Below, piece after piece: positions 1-14,124 of a DNA stretch of 64,000 nt. The translations under genes were made by a program, and so were the position numbers. The notes under the pieces are model-generated. The model searched no databases. It was not told where the DNA came from and saw nothing but the letters and a program-made list of their open reading frames with translations. Source of the stretch: Vicugna vicugna (taxonomy: Eukaryota); the NCBI GenBank assembly GCA_013265495.1, contig MU058844.1, positions 7,253,260-7,317,259 on the forward strand, written 5' to 3'. The stretch's first letter is position 1; each line of letters opens with the position of its first letter.

Positions 1-385
1 TGTTAAATAGACTAGCTAAACTGGTCTGTGTATACAGTGGGATACTATTCAGTACTAAAAAAGGACAAATGAGTGAGACATGCAACAATTTGGATGACCT
101 CAAAAATATTATGCTGAAAGAAGCCAAATACAAAAATGTGCATATTGCATGATGCCATTTATGTGACATTCTAAAAAATGACAGAATTAATTTATAGTAT
201 ATAAATCAGATAATTGTCTGTAATTGGGGATAGAGATGAGTAACTGTAAAACATCAGAAGGGATAACAGAAATGTTCTTTGAGATGGTGCTTACATGGGT
301 ACATACACATTTCTCAAAACTCTTCATACTTTACATTTACAATGAGTGCATTTTATTGCATATAATTATACCTCAATTAAGTTAA
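1..385 (+). mobile_element. Old LINE-1 (L1MC/L1ME-like) 3' end fragment
   Basis: L1M 3'UTR motifs: gggatactattcagtactaaaaaagga, catgcaacaatttggatgacctcaaaaatattatgctga, terminal ttttattgcatataattatacctcaattaa. Confidence 0.8.
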
Positions 386-460
386 TACAGTTTCAAGATA
401 CAACAAAATATATTGGTTGATATTCAGAAAATAATGTTCATAATGACATAACATCTAAAT

Positions 461-1518
461 TTTTTATTGAAGTATAGTTGATTTACAATATTGTGTTAGT
501 ATCTGGTGTATAGAATAGTGATTCAGATATATATTATTTTTCATATTCTTTTTTCATTATGGATTATTATAAGCTATTGAATATAGTTCCATGTGCTATA
601 CAATATGATCTTGTTGTTTATATATTCTGTATATAGTAGTTTGTATCTGCTAATCCCAAACTCCTAATTTATCCCTCCTCCCCTTTTCCCCTTTGGTAAC
701 CATAAATTGTTTCTCTATTTCTGTGAATGTTTTTGTTCTGTAAATAAATTAATTTGTATCATTGTTTTAGATTCCACATATAAGTGATACCACATATTTG
801 TCTGACTTACTTCACTTAGTATGGTAATCTCTAGGTCTATCTATGTTGCTGCAAATGTCATGATTTCATTCTTTTTTTATGGCTGAGTAGTATTCCATTG
901 TGTGTGTATTATATATGTAGTATTATATATATGCTACAGTAGTATTATATAGTATATAATATATAGTATAGTAGTATTCTATATATACTACATATATATA
1001 ATAAGATGTGAAATCTTATTATATCTTCACATTTTCTTTATTCGGTCATCTGTCAGTGGACATTTAGGTTGCTTTCATATCTTGGCTACTGTAAATAGCG
1101 CTGCTATGAACATTGGGATGCACATATCTTTTTGAACTGGAATTTTCTCCAAATATATGCCCAGGAGTGGGATTGCAGGATCATATGGTAAGTCTATTTT
1201 TAGTTTTTTGAAGAATCTCCATACTGTTTTCCATAGTGGCTACACCAAATTACATTCCCACCAGCAGTGTAGGAGGATTCCTTTTTCTCCACACCTTCTC
1301 CAGCATTTATTGTTTCCACAAATGTTTTTTTAATGATGACCATTCTGACTGATGTGAGGTGGTAGTAGTTTTGATTTTAATTTCTCTGATAATTGGTGAT
1401 ACCGAGCACTTTTTCATGTGCCTATTGGCCATCTGGATGTCTTCACTATAGAGTGTTTGTTTAGGTCTTCTGCTCATTTTTTGATTGGGTTACTTGTTGT
1501 TATTGAGTTGTATGAGCT
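461..1518 (-). mobile_element. 5'-truncated LINE-1 (artiodactyl-type 3' end) with internal TA-rich expansion
   Basis: Starts tttttattgaagtatagttgatttacaat (reverse of L1 3' end); ORF2 C-terminal motifs ccactgctggtgggaatgt on minus strand; degenerate TSD ataacatctaaat (448-460) / ataaaatctaaaat (1519-1532). Confidence 0.9.
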
Positions 1519-1538
1519 ATAAAATCTAAAATATTTAT

Positions 1539-1950
1539 GTGGCAGAAATGTCAGTCTTTTCATGTGGTTTTTCTTCATTTGAGCATGTAACTAGACCGTA
1601 TTTCTCATCATTTAGTTAGGCATGGCTGTGTGAATGAATTCTAGCTTTTGGAGTGCTGGACTGTGAAAGCACTGATGTTTACCATTTCCAGGCCTGGTTT
1701 CTGAAAAGGACCTCTATGTGAGATCCTCTAGAGCCTTCTTCTTTGGACAACTGAATGAAAATACTCTAGCAATTTTGAAAGATATGTTTTGAAGATGGCA
1801 GAGTCTTTATAAGCCCAAGTCCCTGAATAATTGTATAGGAGCTGCACTCATATTACCATTTCATATATACACTAACAAACAGCTTGACTGTTTATATGAA
1901 TAAATGTAATAAATTGCCATTTTTAGAGTGTTTCTGGTATACCAGTCAAA
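1539..1950 (+). mobile_element. ERVL-class solo LTR (LTR16/LTR33-like)
   Basis: gtggcaga start; ttaggcatggctgtgtgaatgaattctagc, ttccaggcctgg, gaagatggcagag...gtccctgaataa motifs; AATAAA near end. Confidence 0.55.
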
Positions 1951-2059
1951 CTACTTTAATAGTATTTGTTATAAATTTCTGCAGAAAATAATTCTGAAAT
2001 GCCTACGTTTAATTCTCCAACAGACTTTTGTCACCTTGGGATAAAAAACTAAAATATTG

Positions 2060-2500
2060 GCTTACAAAGCATTACATAATTCAGCCTTTGGCAGTCACTC
2101 CCTTTTTCTTTCAATATATTTCAACTGCAGTCACTTTCTTTGTATTATGCAAACTTACAGGCATGTTTTATACCTAGGACTTTTGTAATACTGTTTCTTC
2201 TGCCTGGAAATATATTCCCTCAAATAATAGGATGGCTCATTTTCATTCTCTCTCGAGACGACCTGACCATTTAATCTATTATTAAAATAAGAACCTATTC
2301 CCCATCTTCTGTTTTCTCTCCTTTTATCTGGTGTCATTTTTCTTCAAGCACCTAGCACTGCTTTCCAGTATATACTCTGCTTATTGTTGATCTGTTGATT
2401 GCTTGTCCTACTACCAGAATATAAATTGCACAAGGGCATCAATAGCAACTACGGGGATACCTGGTACATACTAATCACTTGATAAATGTTTGATGAAGAA
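2060..2500 (+). mobile_element. L2 3' end
   Basis: ctgtttcttctgcctggaa, ccagaatataaattgcacaagggc, cctggtacatactaatcacttgataaatgtttgatgaa resemble the L2 tail. Confidence 0.75.
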
Positions 2501-3399
2501 ACTAATTACTATGTAATATAATTATTGAGAATTTTAGCTTCTTAAAAATAAATGAGCAGAGCAGGCAGGCCCAGAAAGAATATGTTAACATGAGTAACTC
2601 GTACTTTCATTATAAGATGCTCACTTTCTGATTGGTCAAAACATAATTACTGTGCTTCTCTTTTCTGATTTTTATCTGCAAATAGGGAAGAACATCTAGA
2701 CAGATAACATCAACGGATTAGCATTTCCATAAATGTGAACAGCTAAAGAATTTGTTATTTTAAGGAACTTGTCTCTGTTCAGGTAGAATGTTAGACTAAA
2801 GAATTTGCAGAAATGTTTTACATGTTTGAGTACACTGTTTAATGAAAGTAAAGTATGTACAAAGAGAAGCACACATTTTAGGACAGATGTACGTGTTTCT
2901 TAGGAACAAAACCTGTTTTTTCACTTTAATATGCTGTTAAACTCTTTGATTACAGGAATGTATTATTTATAACAATAAATTAAATGTAAGATACTGTGTA
3001 TTACCCTATAAAGTCATATATTATTTGAAGGCAACAGTATTCTTTGACAAAGAATTTATGTTACTTAAAACATGAGTCCAAATTAAGAAAAGTGTATCAC
3101 AGTGGGTTGTATGCAATTATTTGCATGCTTATGTCTTCTATTAGTTTTTGTCTTACTTAATAGTACAAATAGTATTCTGGCCATCATTACATCTGCAATG
3201 CCAAATGCAGGTTCTCAATAAGTACACAGAAAGGGCTAAACAGATGCTTGTTGAATGGTGGGTAGAATATTAAATGAAAGAATAAATATGTGACTAAGGC
3301 TTCTGGTACCTTCAACTTTTGGGGGCTTAATTCCAAATTGGAAAGTGTGGTCAAAAAGATTATAAAATAAGTGCACTAAACTCTATTTTTGGGGGTCAG

Positions 3400-3550
3400 G
3401 AATTTCCAATTTTAATGTATATTAGAGTAACCCAAGAATCTTAAAGATTTCAAGCTTCACCTGACTCAGTAAATCTAGAGTAAGGACCAGAATCTGTATC
3501 TTTAATGAGAACTACTCATATTCTGCAGTTTAGTACAGAAGACCCTAGAA
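3400..3550. mobile_element. MER5-like hAT-Charlie MITE fragment
   Basis: tgactcagtaaatctagagtaaggaccagaatctgtatctttaa resembles MER5 core. Confidence 0.5.
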
Positions 3551-5679
3551 AGGAATTTTGGCACATCCTATCTTAAGCCTTTTAAAAGCTTCAATGGCTA
3601 TTATTTCCCATACCTAACCTAAAATAAGTTATCTGACTTTCTAGCTCAAGGGAAATTTTTATCATCAATTCATAAAGACCCATAATGCATAAGATTTCTA
3701 AAATGCCATTTAGCTGAGAAGTGATCCCCACCCCATAAATTTACATTAAGGTAATTTTATCACAGTATTTAAAAGAGTGAAATAGAAATATTAAAGAAAA
3801 CAACCAAAGACAGTGGATATACTCAGTAATGCCCACTTGTATAATCTTGGCTAAATATGTAGTTACACCAAATTATGTATTTCTGTTTTTCATCTCTATC
3901 ATTTTATTTTGACTCAGTAGTTTTCCCTCATGTTTTAGTCACTTTGGTGGTTCCACATGTTGGCAAGTCTGACATCATATCTACATACCTTTACACTCTA
4001 AACTATACAGACCCAATTGCCAATTTAGAGCAAATAGAGAAAAAAAAATTAGTTTATAAACTCAACCTTCTTTTCTTGAAACATTGGAAAACCTGTTAAG
4101 GTAGAAAATAAATGCCATCTTCCTTGTGGTCTCATATCTTTGAGACTTTGGAGCAAATAACCAGCTACAGAGAGACAGAGAGATGCTCTCTGTATGATTC
4201 TCCCCATTTTTTACCTACTGATGATTTAACATCTAATCTAAGAGTTCCCCTCTATTTTATAATCCATAGTTCTGAAGCAGGAAATAAGAAATATGGTTTT
4301 CCTATTTTTTCAGCTATAACAATTGTTTTTGATAATTATTCTCAAGTAGACTTCTGAAAATTGCCATATTATATCCTCACATATAAGAAAAGATAACAGG
4401 ACATTTTGTCATACATTTAAATTTTTTATAACCTACTAATCAGGATTTATTTTGTGGGTCTGCTATATGTAAGCAAACCATAATTTAGTTCAAGTTAAAA
4501 TGTTGGCTTAGTGAACACTGATTTCATATAATTTCCTTAGAATGTGTTTTAGGTGAGTGGCTAATTATATTAGAGAATGATTTAACACTGATAAATTGAT
4601 GAATTGTTCACTTTCATTAGTGCGTGGGTGTCTCTGTGTGTGATTGTATTTGTGTAAATCTATGGGAAAATCCTCATACTTTTAGCATCACTAAAACTTG
4701 AGACCACATTCTGAGATTTACTTCTCTAAATATCAATTTCCACAAATTTTTCAGATATTTTTTTCAAGCTCTTGACCAGCAAACAATATGTAAAATCTAT
4801 TTTTTTTGTAAAAAACTTTGGAACATCTTTACATCTGGCATATATAATCATCTAAGCACTCTGACCTGACCTCAAGTCCATGTAATTAAAATGCACACTA
4901 AAGTCCAAGGAGGATAAATCCGTCGTAGTTTTCTGAGTGTCTTGGGCTTTAATTTGACTGTGGCATTTCATTTTTCCAAGAAGCTATCAAATTCTGCATG
5001 TTCTGTCCTATGTTGATATTTGTATCTTTTGCCTAAAGGAGGTAGAGAATTTGGACTAGTCACCTCACTTTTGTGAGTATGAATTTCCATTATTTTATCT
5101 TTCACAAGCCTTCCTTCACACAGTCGCCACCTAAAAGAAGCAATGCTGTAGGCGATGACAATGTGTGGGCAAGGCATGCGGAGACTTGGCCCCAAAGCAA
5201 AGGATAAAATGTAGCTGCTCCTTTTCACATTAAATTGTATGTATAGATATGACTTTGGGCTACTCACAAAAATCCATGGTTGTAATTCTGAAGAGGTGAG
5301 ATTAGAGTTCTCAAGAGAGCTCAAGTCAGAGTCTGTACAAATTCCACACAAGTCTTTGCCAGATTCCAACCTCACTATTCGGCATTCGCTGTAACAAGAG
5401 GTGTCACAGTCCTATTGTCTGTGTTTATGCTAATAAAAATGCTTTCTTGTACGTAATCCATTATGTTATTTTAAGGATTAAGTGAAGTGATGTAGTGTAT
5501 GTTTGAAATGCCTTATAAAGTATAATGTATTAGAAAATCATTGAGAAAAGATTTGATGATTTATTCAAGTTAACAGACATTAATGAGAGGACTACAGATT
5601 TCAATGCCCTTAAAAATCTTAAGCAAGTTCCTAACATTTCTGGCTTGATATATTTTTTTTAATCTTAAATGGATGGTGA

Positions 5680-6200
5680 GCATTACCAAATGTAATTTTT
5701 TTCATCAATTAACACTATTATGCAGTTATTTTCCTGTTAATATGCTGGATTTCATTAATCATTTTCCTAATTAAATCAAGCTCTTATTCCTAGTCTCTGA
5801 GATAAAGTCAAAAGGACCATGATCGTTACCTAATTTAATACTTTTTTGGATTTAATTTGTTAATATTTTGTTTAGGGTTTTGACATGTATAACTCTAAAT
5901 TTTATTAGATTAAAGTTTATTTTTCCAGTTTTTGGTAATAGCAATCCTAGTCTCATAAATGAGTTGGGAAATGGTCCTTATTGTTCTGTTCTCTGAAAAT
6001 GTTTGTGAATGATTCTAATTTTCTATTCCTTAAATTCTTGTGGAAATGACTTTTGCAGCAGGTGGTTTTTAGGGGGAGAGGAATAAGATTTTCAATTTTA
6101 AAATAACTTCTAAAAATTGTTATAAGATATTCACTTATAAATTTCCTAAAACTTAGATGAAGATGGTTTTTCATAAGTTGGTTCTTTTCCTCCTTTTAAA
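5680..6200 (-). mobile_element. Highly decayed L1 ORF2 fragment (L1ME-like)
   Basis: ggatttaatttgttaatattttgtttagggtttttgaca and ctagtctcataaatgagttgggaa match antisense L1 ORF2. Confidence 0.6.
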
Positions 6201-6975
6201 TATTTTTAGAGCACTTTTAGTTTCCCAGCAAAATTGAGCAGAAAGGACAGAGAATTCTCATGTATACCCTACTCCCCAGAAACACAATCTCCCCTACTAT
6301 CAGCAACCCACACCGAAGTGCTACACTTGTTACCACTGATGAACCTACATTGACACAACATTATCAACCAAAGTGCAAGGTTTACATTATGCTTCATTAC
6401 AGCTATTACATTTTGTATGTTTTCAAAAATGTACAATGACAAGTATCCAGCATTATAGATTCATAAAGAATTGTTTCACTGCCCTAAAAATCCTCTGTTC
6501 TTCTCCTATTCATCTCTCTCTTCCTCCCACTAGCAACCACTGATCTTTTTACTTTCTTCATAGATTTTTCCTTTTCCAAAATGTCATATAGTTGGATTAT
6601 ATGTAGCCTTTTCAGATTATCTTCTTTTACTTAGCAATATATGTTTAAGGTTCATCTCAGTCTATTCATGACTTCACAGCTCATTTATTTTTGCATCTGA
6701 ATAGTATTTCACAGTTTATTTATGTGCTCACCTACTGAAGAATATCATGGTTGCTTCTAAGTTTTAGCAGTTATAAATAAAGCTGGTATAAACATCATGT
6801 GTAGGTTTTTGTATGGATATACTTTTCAGCTCATTTGGGTGACCACCAAGGAGTGTGGTTGCTGGATCATATGGTTAGAGTATGCTTAGTTTTGTAAGAA
6901 AACCGCCAAACCATCTTCCAAAGTGGCTGTACCATTTTGCATCCCCTCCAGCAATGAGTGGGTGTGCTGGTTGCT
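6200..6975 (-). mobile_element. L1MC-like 3' end
   Basis: tatttttagagcacttttagtttcccagcaaaattgagcagaaag 3' motif; minus ORF contains L1 ORF2 C-terminal peptide HCWRGCKMVQPLWKMVWRF. Confidence 0.85.
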
Positions 6976-8517
6976 AATTTTTGTCTCTCTGCCCACATGA
7001 TAACGTAAAATATTTTTCTTGAACATGAGTGTTTCATGATCTTCAAATTGTTTTTACACTGTTTTGATGTTCTATTACTTCTTCCCTCTTTCAATGTATT
7101 TTGTCCAGAAGAGTAACATTCACATTTTGGTCTAAGTTGAAGTGGATTTACCTCATCGTTGAGAAATAGATGCATGACATTTCTCATTTTATACCATTAA
7201 GTGAATCTCCTGACCACTAATTTTTTTTTTTTTAGTGTGGGTTTACCCACGTTTACCCAACCATCATCTGTCTCTTCTATCACACTTCTTAGCAAAACAT
7301 GTTTTTCATCTACCACTCAGCCACACATCCAAATACTCTCCCTCAGTTTCCCATGTTCCACTTGGATCCAGGAGAACAATATTAAACTGAGAGTATGTTG
7401 ATTAATTTTACTGTGTGAAGGCAATTGCTTTAAACGTAGGATTTACTTGAGCCTCGTACTCTTTTTCCTTGCTCAATAAATACAGATTTCCTGACCATGT
7501 GAATCATGAAAAATTTAGGTAGCCTTTATAACTTACATAGTTTGGCAGTGCTAAGTAAAACATTTTTGTATATCCCCTGTGGCATTTCTATAACCACTTC
7601 CCCAAAACACTAGCTGGTTTCAATTCAACTCTTCCTGTTACCTTTTGCTGGCATATATAACTGGTACTTGACTTTGGACACTCAGCATGCCTTCCCTCAT
7701 TTCAATTTTCAGCTCCCTCATAGTTGCAGAAATTTGATTACAAGGCATGGAAGTACTATTCTGCAGCCTCCCTTATTTCTCAAAAGACCATATTTCTCAA
7801 CATATATTCCCATATTTCTGTCTATTTTACCTCTAGTGTCTCTTCCCCAAATTTTCTTCTCTCTTTTTCTAATTTCCAACAAACTGCACATTCATTCTCC
7901 TGACTAGAGAGTATTACACAGATAATCTCTTTACAGAAATGTTGAACCAAAATTCAGTACTATTGTGGACAGGGGATTATTTCAGTTGAATATCTGAATG
8001 AAATTACTCCTCAATTCCAATGTTTACTCTTATGGTTTCAAGCAAATGCAGTCTGAATGTCTGACAGTTTTAAGTAGATATGGAAATAAAGCTATTTTCC
8101 TAGATCAGATCAGTCTCAAGTTAACCATGCCAACTTTCATTAATAAATGTTCTCAAAGTTTTGCTATGTAAACTATTTTCATTAATTTAATTTCGTATTT
8201 CAGACAATATTCATTAAACAGGTGGGGTTTTGACATATAAAGCCTGTGAGAATTGAAAAGTGTTTCTGGAGAATAAGACTACAACATTATTAGAATGTCC
8301 CCCAAACTAGGTCTTTCATTATTGTAAATACTTAAACAACTTTATAAATTTTCAATAAAGTTTTTGATGAACCCTAATTTTAATAAAAGCCTTATTAATG
8401 TTGAAAATAAAGGTAGAAGACTTAACCAAGATTGTTTGAAAGAAATTATGAACAGGTGCTCTATTACACAATTTTATTAAGTGTTTAATCAATTAATTAT
8501 TAAAACACTATAGTTTG

Positions 8518-8536
8518 TAATGCCACCTAGTGGAGT
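8518..8536 (-). promoter_or_regulatory. Candidate CTCF binding site
   Basis: taatgccacctagtggagt; minus strand CCACTAGGTGGCA matches CTCF core CCACNAGRKGGCR; lies in apparently non-repeat sequence. Confidence 0.55.
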
Positions 8537-9439
8537 TCTAAGTGAAAAATGTCCCTTGAGTATAGCTGATGTGTAATATGAAACATGTGCAAAAAGAATC
8601 CAGTCTTCCTGTTGTTAACACTCTTCTCTCTCTCTCTGTATATATGTATCACTTCCCCAATTCATAGCTGGCATTTGACTTGGCTCTCAATGTGACTTCT
8701 CTTCCTTATGAAGAGAATAGAAAAAATATATATATATATATACACATATACATATCTTTTTCTGCATACTACCTATAAAGCATTAAACATTTAAAAGCAT
8801 TAAATTGGGATAGAAAGAGAAGAAAATATATGTCTGAGAAGTTTCTCTTTAAGTTTTCTATAGGTGTAGAATATTTGAACTGAATCTCAGAGATAATAGG
8901 TAAATACTTGGCACAATTAGTTATAAATAACTGCATGTAAAATAATCAAAATGACTAAATAGCAAACTACATATATAATTTATGGTTACATATATAGACA
9001 CTATCTTTTTATATATTAGCATAAATTAAGTCACTGTCCGTTAAACCTTTAATTTTTAACTCCATGTAAAATTGCTCGGGTAGGTATAAAGCTGTGATTT
9101 GTAAATCTGGCAGTATATCAGAAATCTTCTGATTAAAAATTTTAAGGGATAAGGGTTAATGAGTTAATGAGCTTTGGGCCAGTTTCTTGTATCCTTATAT
9201 GAGACAAGAAATTTGAGGAGAGCTGAAATACTCCCATATCAGATATGTCTCCTTGTGCCTAGTTGAAAAAGATATGACTTCTCTTTGGACAAAAATTATG
9301 CAGTTTAGTCTCACAGGGATCTGCTAGAAGAAGACATAGCAATGGCTTTACAGTAAACATACCAACACACAAATCATCAAACACACAAGTACTTATGTGT
9401 GAAAAAAAACTTCTTTTCATCATCTTCTAGGACTTAAGT

Positions 9440-9880
9440 TATTGAAATTGCCAGAAACACAATGTAAACAAGGCAAATATCTAGATAGATTTTTCAAGCA
9501 AATTTGAAAAAAAGTAGTTCTAGAAATAAATTGTAATTTTTTTAAATATGAAAGTTAACAGATGAGTGAAAGAGCAAAAAAGATGCAGCTGAAGAGAGAA
9601 ATAAAGAACTAGATGCGTCCAAAGACGACACTCAGCATAGTGACAAGAAGATAGAAATTGCCAAAAAATTAAAATAAATTGAAAAAAATAATGAAAAGTT
9701 TTAAAGTATACTTAATGATATCTCCAGAACAAATAAAATAGAATGAAAAGGAAAAATTTAAGTAATCGTTGCTGAAAATTTTTAATAACTAAAGCCAAAA
9801 AAATGAAGATAGTGATTCAGGAATTAAGGACACATAAAAAGCTGAATAAAACAACATGTATCCATACTCAGAGAAGTTTT
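9440..9880 (+). mobile_element. Decayed L1 ORF1-region fragment
   Basis: A-rich sense strand; ttaacagatgagtgaaagagc...gatgcagctgaagagagaaataaagaactag resembles L1M ORF1 coiled-coil region. Confidence 0.5.
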
Positions 9881-9994
9881 GATTCTGTATGTCAAGGGAA
9901 CGTGGACTTTTCTGTGCCTTTATTCTGTTCCTACAAACTACATTATTCCCCATCAGATAAAATGTGTTCATTAATTTAGTTCAACTTAAGTTTA

Positions 9995-10420
9995 GTTTTA
10001 TCTGTCAGGAAAGTCTAGCTTATTTTGAAATAATAAACAACTCCCAAATATCAGTAGCAAGAATCATGATTTATTTTCCATTCATACTCTGTGCCTTTTT
10101 TGAGTTATCTGTGAGACTTGCCTGTTATCATCATCCTCTTCATCATGGGAACCAGGCTGTCATTGCCATTATCTGAGCTTTTGTTGGTCGTTACGACTGA
10201 GGGACAGAAGTATGCGAGGTCACTCACTGGCTCTTAGCGTGTCCACCTAAGTGTCACACACATCCTCTCCACTCACATTTTATTAGCCAAAACAACCACA
10301 TGGCCACCTCTAAATACAGGTGAGAGGATGAAGTGTATATATAAGCAATATAAGCAAGAGAATCTGGAAGAAGAGACAGCTGGAATATATGTGATCTCTT
10401 TAATGTCTGCTGTCCATAGT
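9995..10420 (-). mobile_element. MaLR LTR (MLT1J/K/L-like)
   Basis: aataaacaactcccaaatatcagtagc and tccactcacattttattagccaaaacaaccacatggccacctctaa are MLT1 motifs. Confidence 0.7.
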
Positions 10421-12454
10421 ATATTAATAAGGCTTATGGCTTATGGCAAATAGAAATTTGAAGCAATGTAATTATGACCGTAATTACAATCAAGCAAATA
10501 AAAAGCCTAGCCTCTCCCTCTCCCTCTCTCTGTTACTCCTGTGTAATATTTTAGTGTTTAAGAAATATATTTACCGGTCTATCTGTCTCTTTATGGAACT
10601 GGACACCAACCCCTATTACACTCTGAGAGTAGAAGAAAGCACTTCTGTAGATAATACCACCCACTTTCTGAGTCTCCAAATAGATGGAGCTTATTTATCA
10701 ATCAGACTAGAATAAAACAAAACTATATTAGCAGTATTAAATAAATCCCCAAGGAGAAAGAAAGGACTATAGAATTTGTAGAGAACTAAAGAACTTAGAA
10801 AGGGGGATTTAGATCCATAAGTTATACTGCAACAAGACAATCCTTAAAATGTTAAGAGTAGTTTTGAAACCATTCCAATATAAATAAAGCTTCAGGGGAA
10901 TTGTCTGATGAGGATGAGAGTGATGTGTTCCTGTTTTCTTGTCCTACTCAGGGCAGAAATGCACAGCCAGAAAAAATATTGTCAATGGAAGCATTAAATG
11001 TCACTGCGAAATATAGCATAGACTGATCTAAAATGCAAAAAAATAGAAACAATTGACAGTGTTTGTGCACAGTGAACTTACTCTGTCCTACCAATGTGTA
11101 TTGTCAATTTGTAGCTTCCTGCATGTCTTTAATCAGTGTTGGTTCTTCTTTTTAAGGATGTGTTAGCAGTAAGTTTTCAATGCAATGTAATTGGGAAAAA
11201 TGGGCCAGATTAAATTATAATTTTGACATATTTTGAATAATATTTTATTGTTAATAAATATATCCTCTCCAGGAAGTAATTTAGCCAAAAGGGAAAATGA
11301 CAAATTAATTACCAAATTTCATGAACTTACATACAGCTCTTTAGTTTATTTTATTTCCTGATGTAGATAGTTTTAACTTTATAGGTCAATTCATATGTAT
11401 ATTCATTCAAGTGCACTCTGTAATTCATTAAATGATAAAGGATAATCCAATGTGGGTTTTATATATAAACATAAATTAATATTTATGTGTTACTAAGGAT
11501 AACAGGGAGGCATGATCATCCTAAGATCATCAAATCTCTCAAAATAAGAAGCTGGCACCACTAATTCAAATTTTAAATTTCTAAAAACAATGAATATTTA
11601 CTCTTTGCTTTCCCCACTGAGTTAAAAATAATAGTAGTTTCACTTGGCATAGGATACATTCCAGGATTAATAACCATTTAGAGTTAACTGCCCTTAGATT
11701 ATTTTTAGGCATCAGGAAAGGCATAACTTTTGGAATGAATGAGTTATCTGAAGAGATTGAATGAATGTCCCAGGCACTGGGAAATCGCTATTGTTTATTT
11801 GTTAGGACACACTGTCAAATAAGTCAAACTTGATATAGCTGAGAGTAAAAGTGAGAGTTACTGAAAATATATTGGAATATTTTGTGAAATTTTTGGAAGG
11901 AGAAGCATGTTTTGAAACAATACCACAGGTCATCCTCCATCTCATTCTTTTTTATTATTTGCCTGTGAACTTTGTACTCTCCACTCTTCTCTCCAAAAGG
12001 ACTGTGGCCACCAACAGCTTCTAAAATCCCTATTCAAGGTTACTACTACTGGAGAAGAATTCACCTGCTCTCTGTGATGGGTTGGAAAATCTAGTAAAGG
12101 TTTCGAAATGGCTTAATTTAATTCATGTGCACAGATCTGACTCCTACAAGGGTAGTCAGGAATATATGACTGACATGACTGGCTCAACTTGGGTGAGATT
12201 ATGCTTCATGTTGAGCCATGAAGCTAGAATACTGCTGCACAGAAAAAAACTTACAGACCAATAGCATGCACTCAATAGCACTCTCAGAAAAGGAGCAATC
12301 ATTCTAAACAGGTCCCATCTCAAGTGCCTTATCCTTTCAACAGGCAATTCCACATTTTCTTCATCTCCAAACATTTTTGATGTTAGGAATCAAAAATAGG
12401 GTACTATTATTCTGAGGGAAGTGAATGATACACCCTAAAGAGTATAATTTTAAA

Positions 12455-12597
12455 ACAATGAATGTCATAACTAACCTTATAGTGGTAGTCTCTTCACAAT
12501 ATATACCTAAATCAAATCATCACAGTGAAGGTGTCCACACCAACTTAAAATGACAATGTTATACGAAAATTATATCTCAACAAAAATGGAAAAAACA
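12455..12597 (+). mobile_element. Short L1MA/L1MB 3' tail
   Basis: ttcacaatatatacctaaatcaaatcatca...aatgttatacgaaaattatatctcaacaaaaatggaaaaaa. Confidence 0.7.
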
Positions 12598-13140
12598 AAA
12601 GAACTCTTGTAATTCAATAATCTTAGAAAAATAACCCAATGTAAAAGTTTGGAAAGGATTTGAAGAGAAATTTCACCAAAGAAGATATGAATGACCCATA
12701 AACACATGAAAGATGTTCAGTAGCATTGGTCATCAGAGAACTGCAAATTAAAACTACAGAAACATTTGCATACATACATTCAACAGAGAGTACCAAGTTT
12801 TGGCAAATATGGGGATCGAACTGACTCATATGTTGCTGGTGGTAGTGTAAAATATTATACCCACTCTGGAGGAGCTTTGCAATTCCTAATAAAGATGCAT
12901 TCACAATTACCATGTGACCCAGCAATTCCACTTGTAGATGTTTACCTAAAAAAATAACATATTCCACAAAAGGATTTGCATGCACATGCCCTTAGCAACT
13001 AATTACTCATGTACACAGTAACACGGCTCTCACAAGGATTATGCTGGGGAAAAAAAGTCAAACACAAAAGAGTTCTTAATATATGACTATTTATTGTATC
13101 TTTTTTGCATTTATATAAAGTCCTAAAATTGTTAAAACTG
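12598..13140 (+). mobile_element. L1M ORF2 C-terminus/3'UTR fragment
   Basis: atttcaccaaagaagatatga, tgttgctggtggtagtgtaaa, ccatgtgacccagcaattccactt. Confidence 0.85.
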
Positions 13141-14124
13141 TAAAAAAAAAAGTTGCAATATTTTACACATCTGGTGACATAGAGAAGTTAGTGAAATTCC
13201 ATCAAGATCTCCTAATGAAGGTCTCATTCACAGCTTCTACTTAAGCAATTCATTTCGGTTAGGATAACATGTCATTTTATGTAATAAATATGTCACCAAT
13301 TATAAGCAAAAGGAAGCCAAGAGAAAAATATTTTCTTACTTTTTTTGAGGACTTTTTTCCTAACTTTCTGACTAATTCAAAAGAAACAAACAAAATAAAT
13401 GAAGAATATTAGGGGAAAAGAAAGGCCTGAAGAAGAAAAGTGATGCCTTTGTTCCATAATATCATTAAATTCTTCTCCATGAGGCATACTTAAAATTACA
13501 CAATTGGTTGTTTCTAAAGTTGGAAACAAAAAGATATTTGCACAGCTTTTCTAATCTCAATAGCTGCAATTCTGATAGAAAATGCCAACCTATTACCTAA
13601 TGACACATATTTCCATGACACCAAGACATATAAGTAGTCGGAATGATTAGTTCTCAGTTAACTGAGTAGTTATCTGGGTGCTTCAAAGAGGCAGGGCATG
13701 CTAATATAAACCGATTTTTGTTTCAAACACACTGACTCATTCTTTGCCACTCATGTAAGTAGAGATATAGCCGTATCTACTGATACGAAGCATGGAATGC
13801 AAAATTAGACCTCTCCTTATTTCTTCATTTTAGAATTACTAAATTTGGGGCCATCTTTTTTGAGGGGAATCACATTTTCACAGTAATTTAGAATTTTTAA
13901 CACAGCATTTTTTAGCCTTATTTTATTTCATGTCTCAACAGCTGAGCTGAGTTTGTCAAGCTTTAATTTCTAGAATTCATGCTGCAAATATATACATACC
14001 CTTTAATTTCTTAAATATGAATTCTCTTTATACTATTTGGTGTAAGTTCTCAAAGTCCAGTGCTCTACCTCCTATCCCCAGAAAAGGTTTATTTGTTCCC
14101 TTAGAAGAGTAGTTTCTCCAGTCA

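Noticed and set aside
4968..5375. 135-aa minus-strand ORF
   Set aside because: No ATG start, no recognisable domain, and it overlaps probable MIR-like decayed sequence at its start
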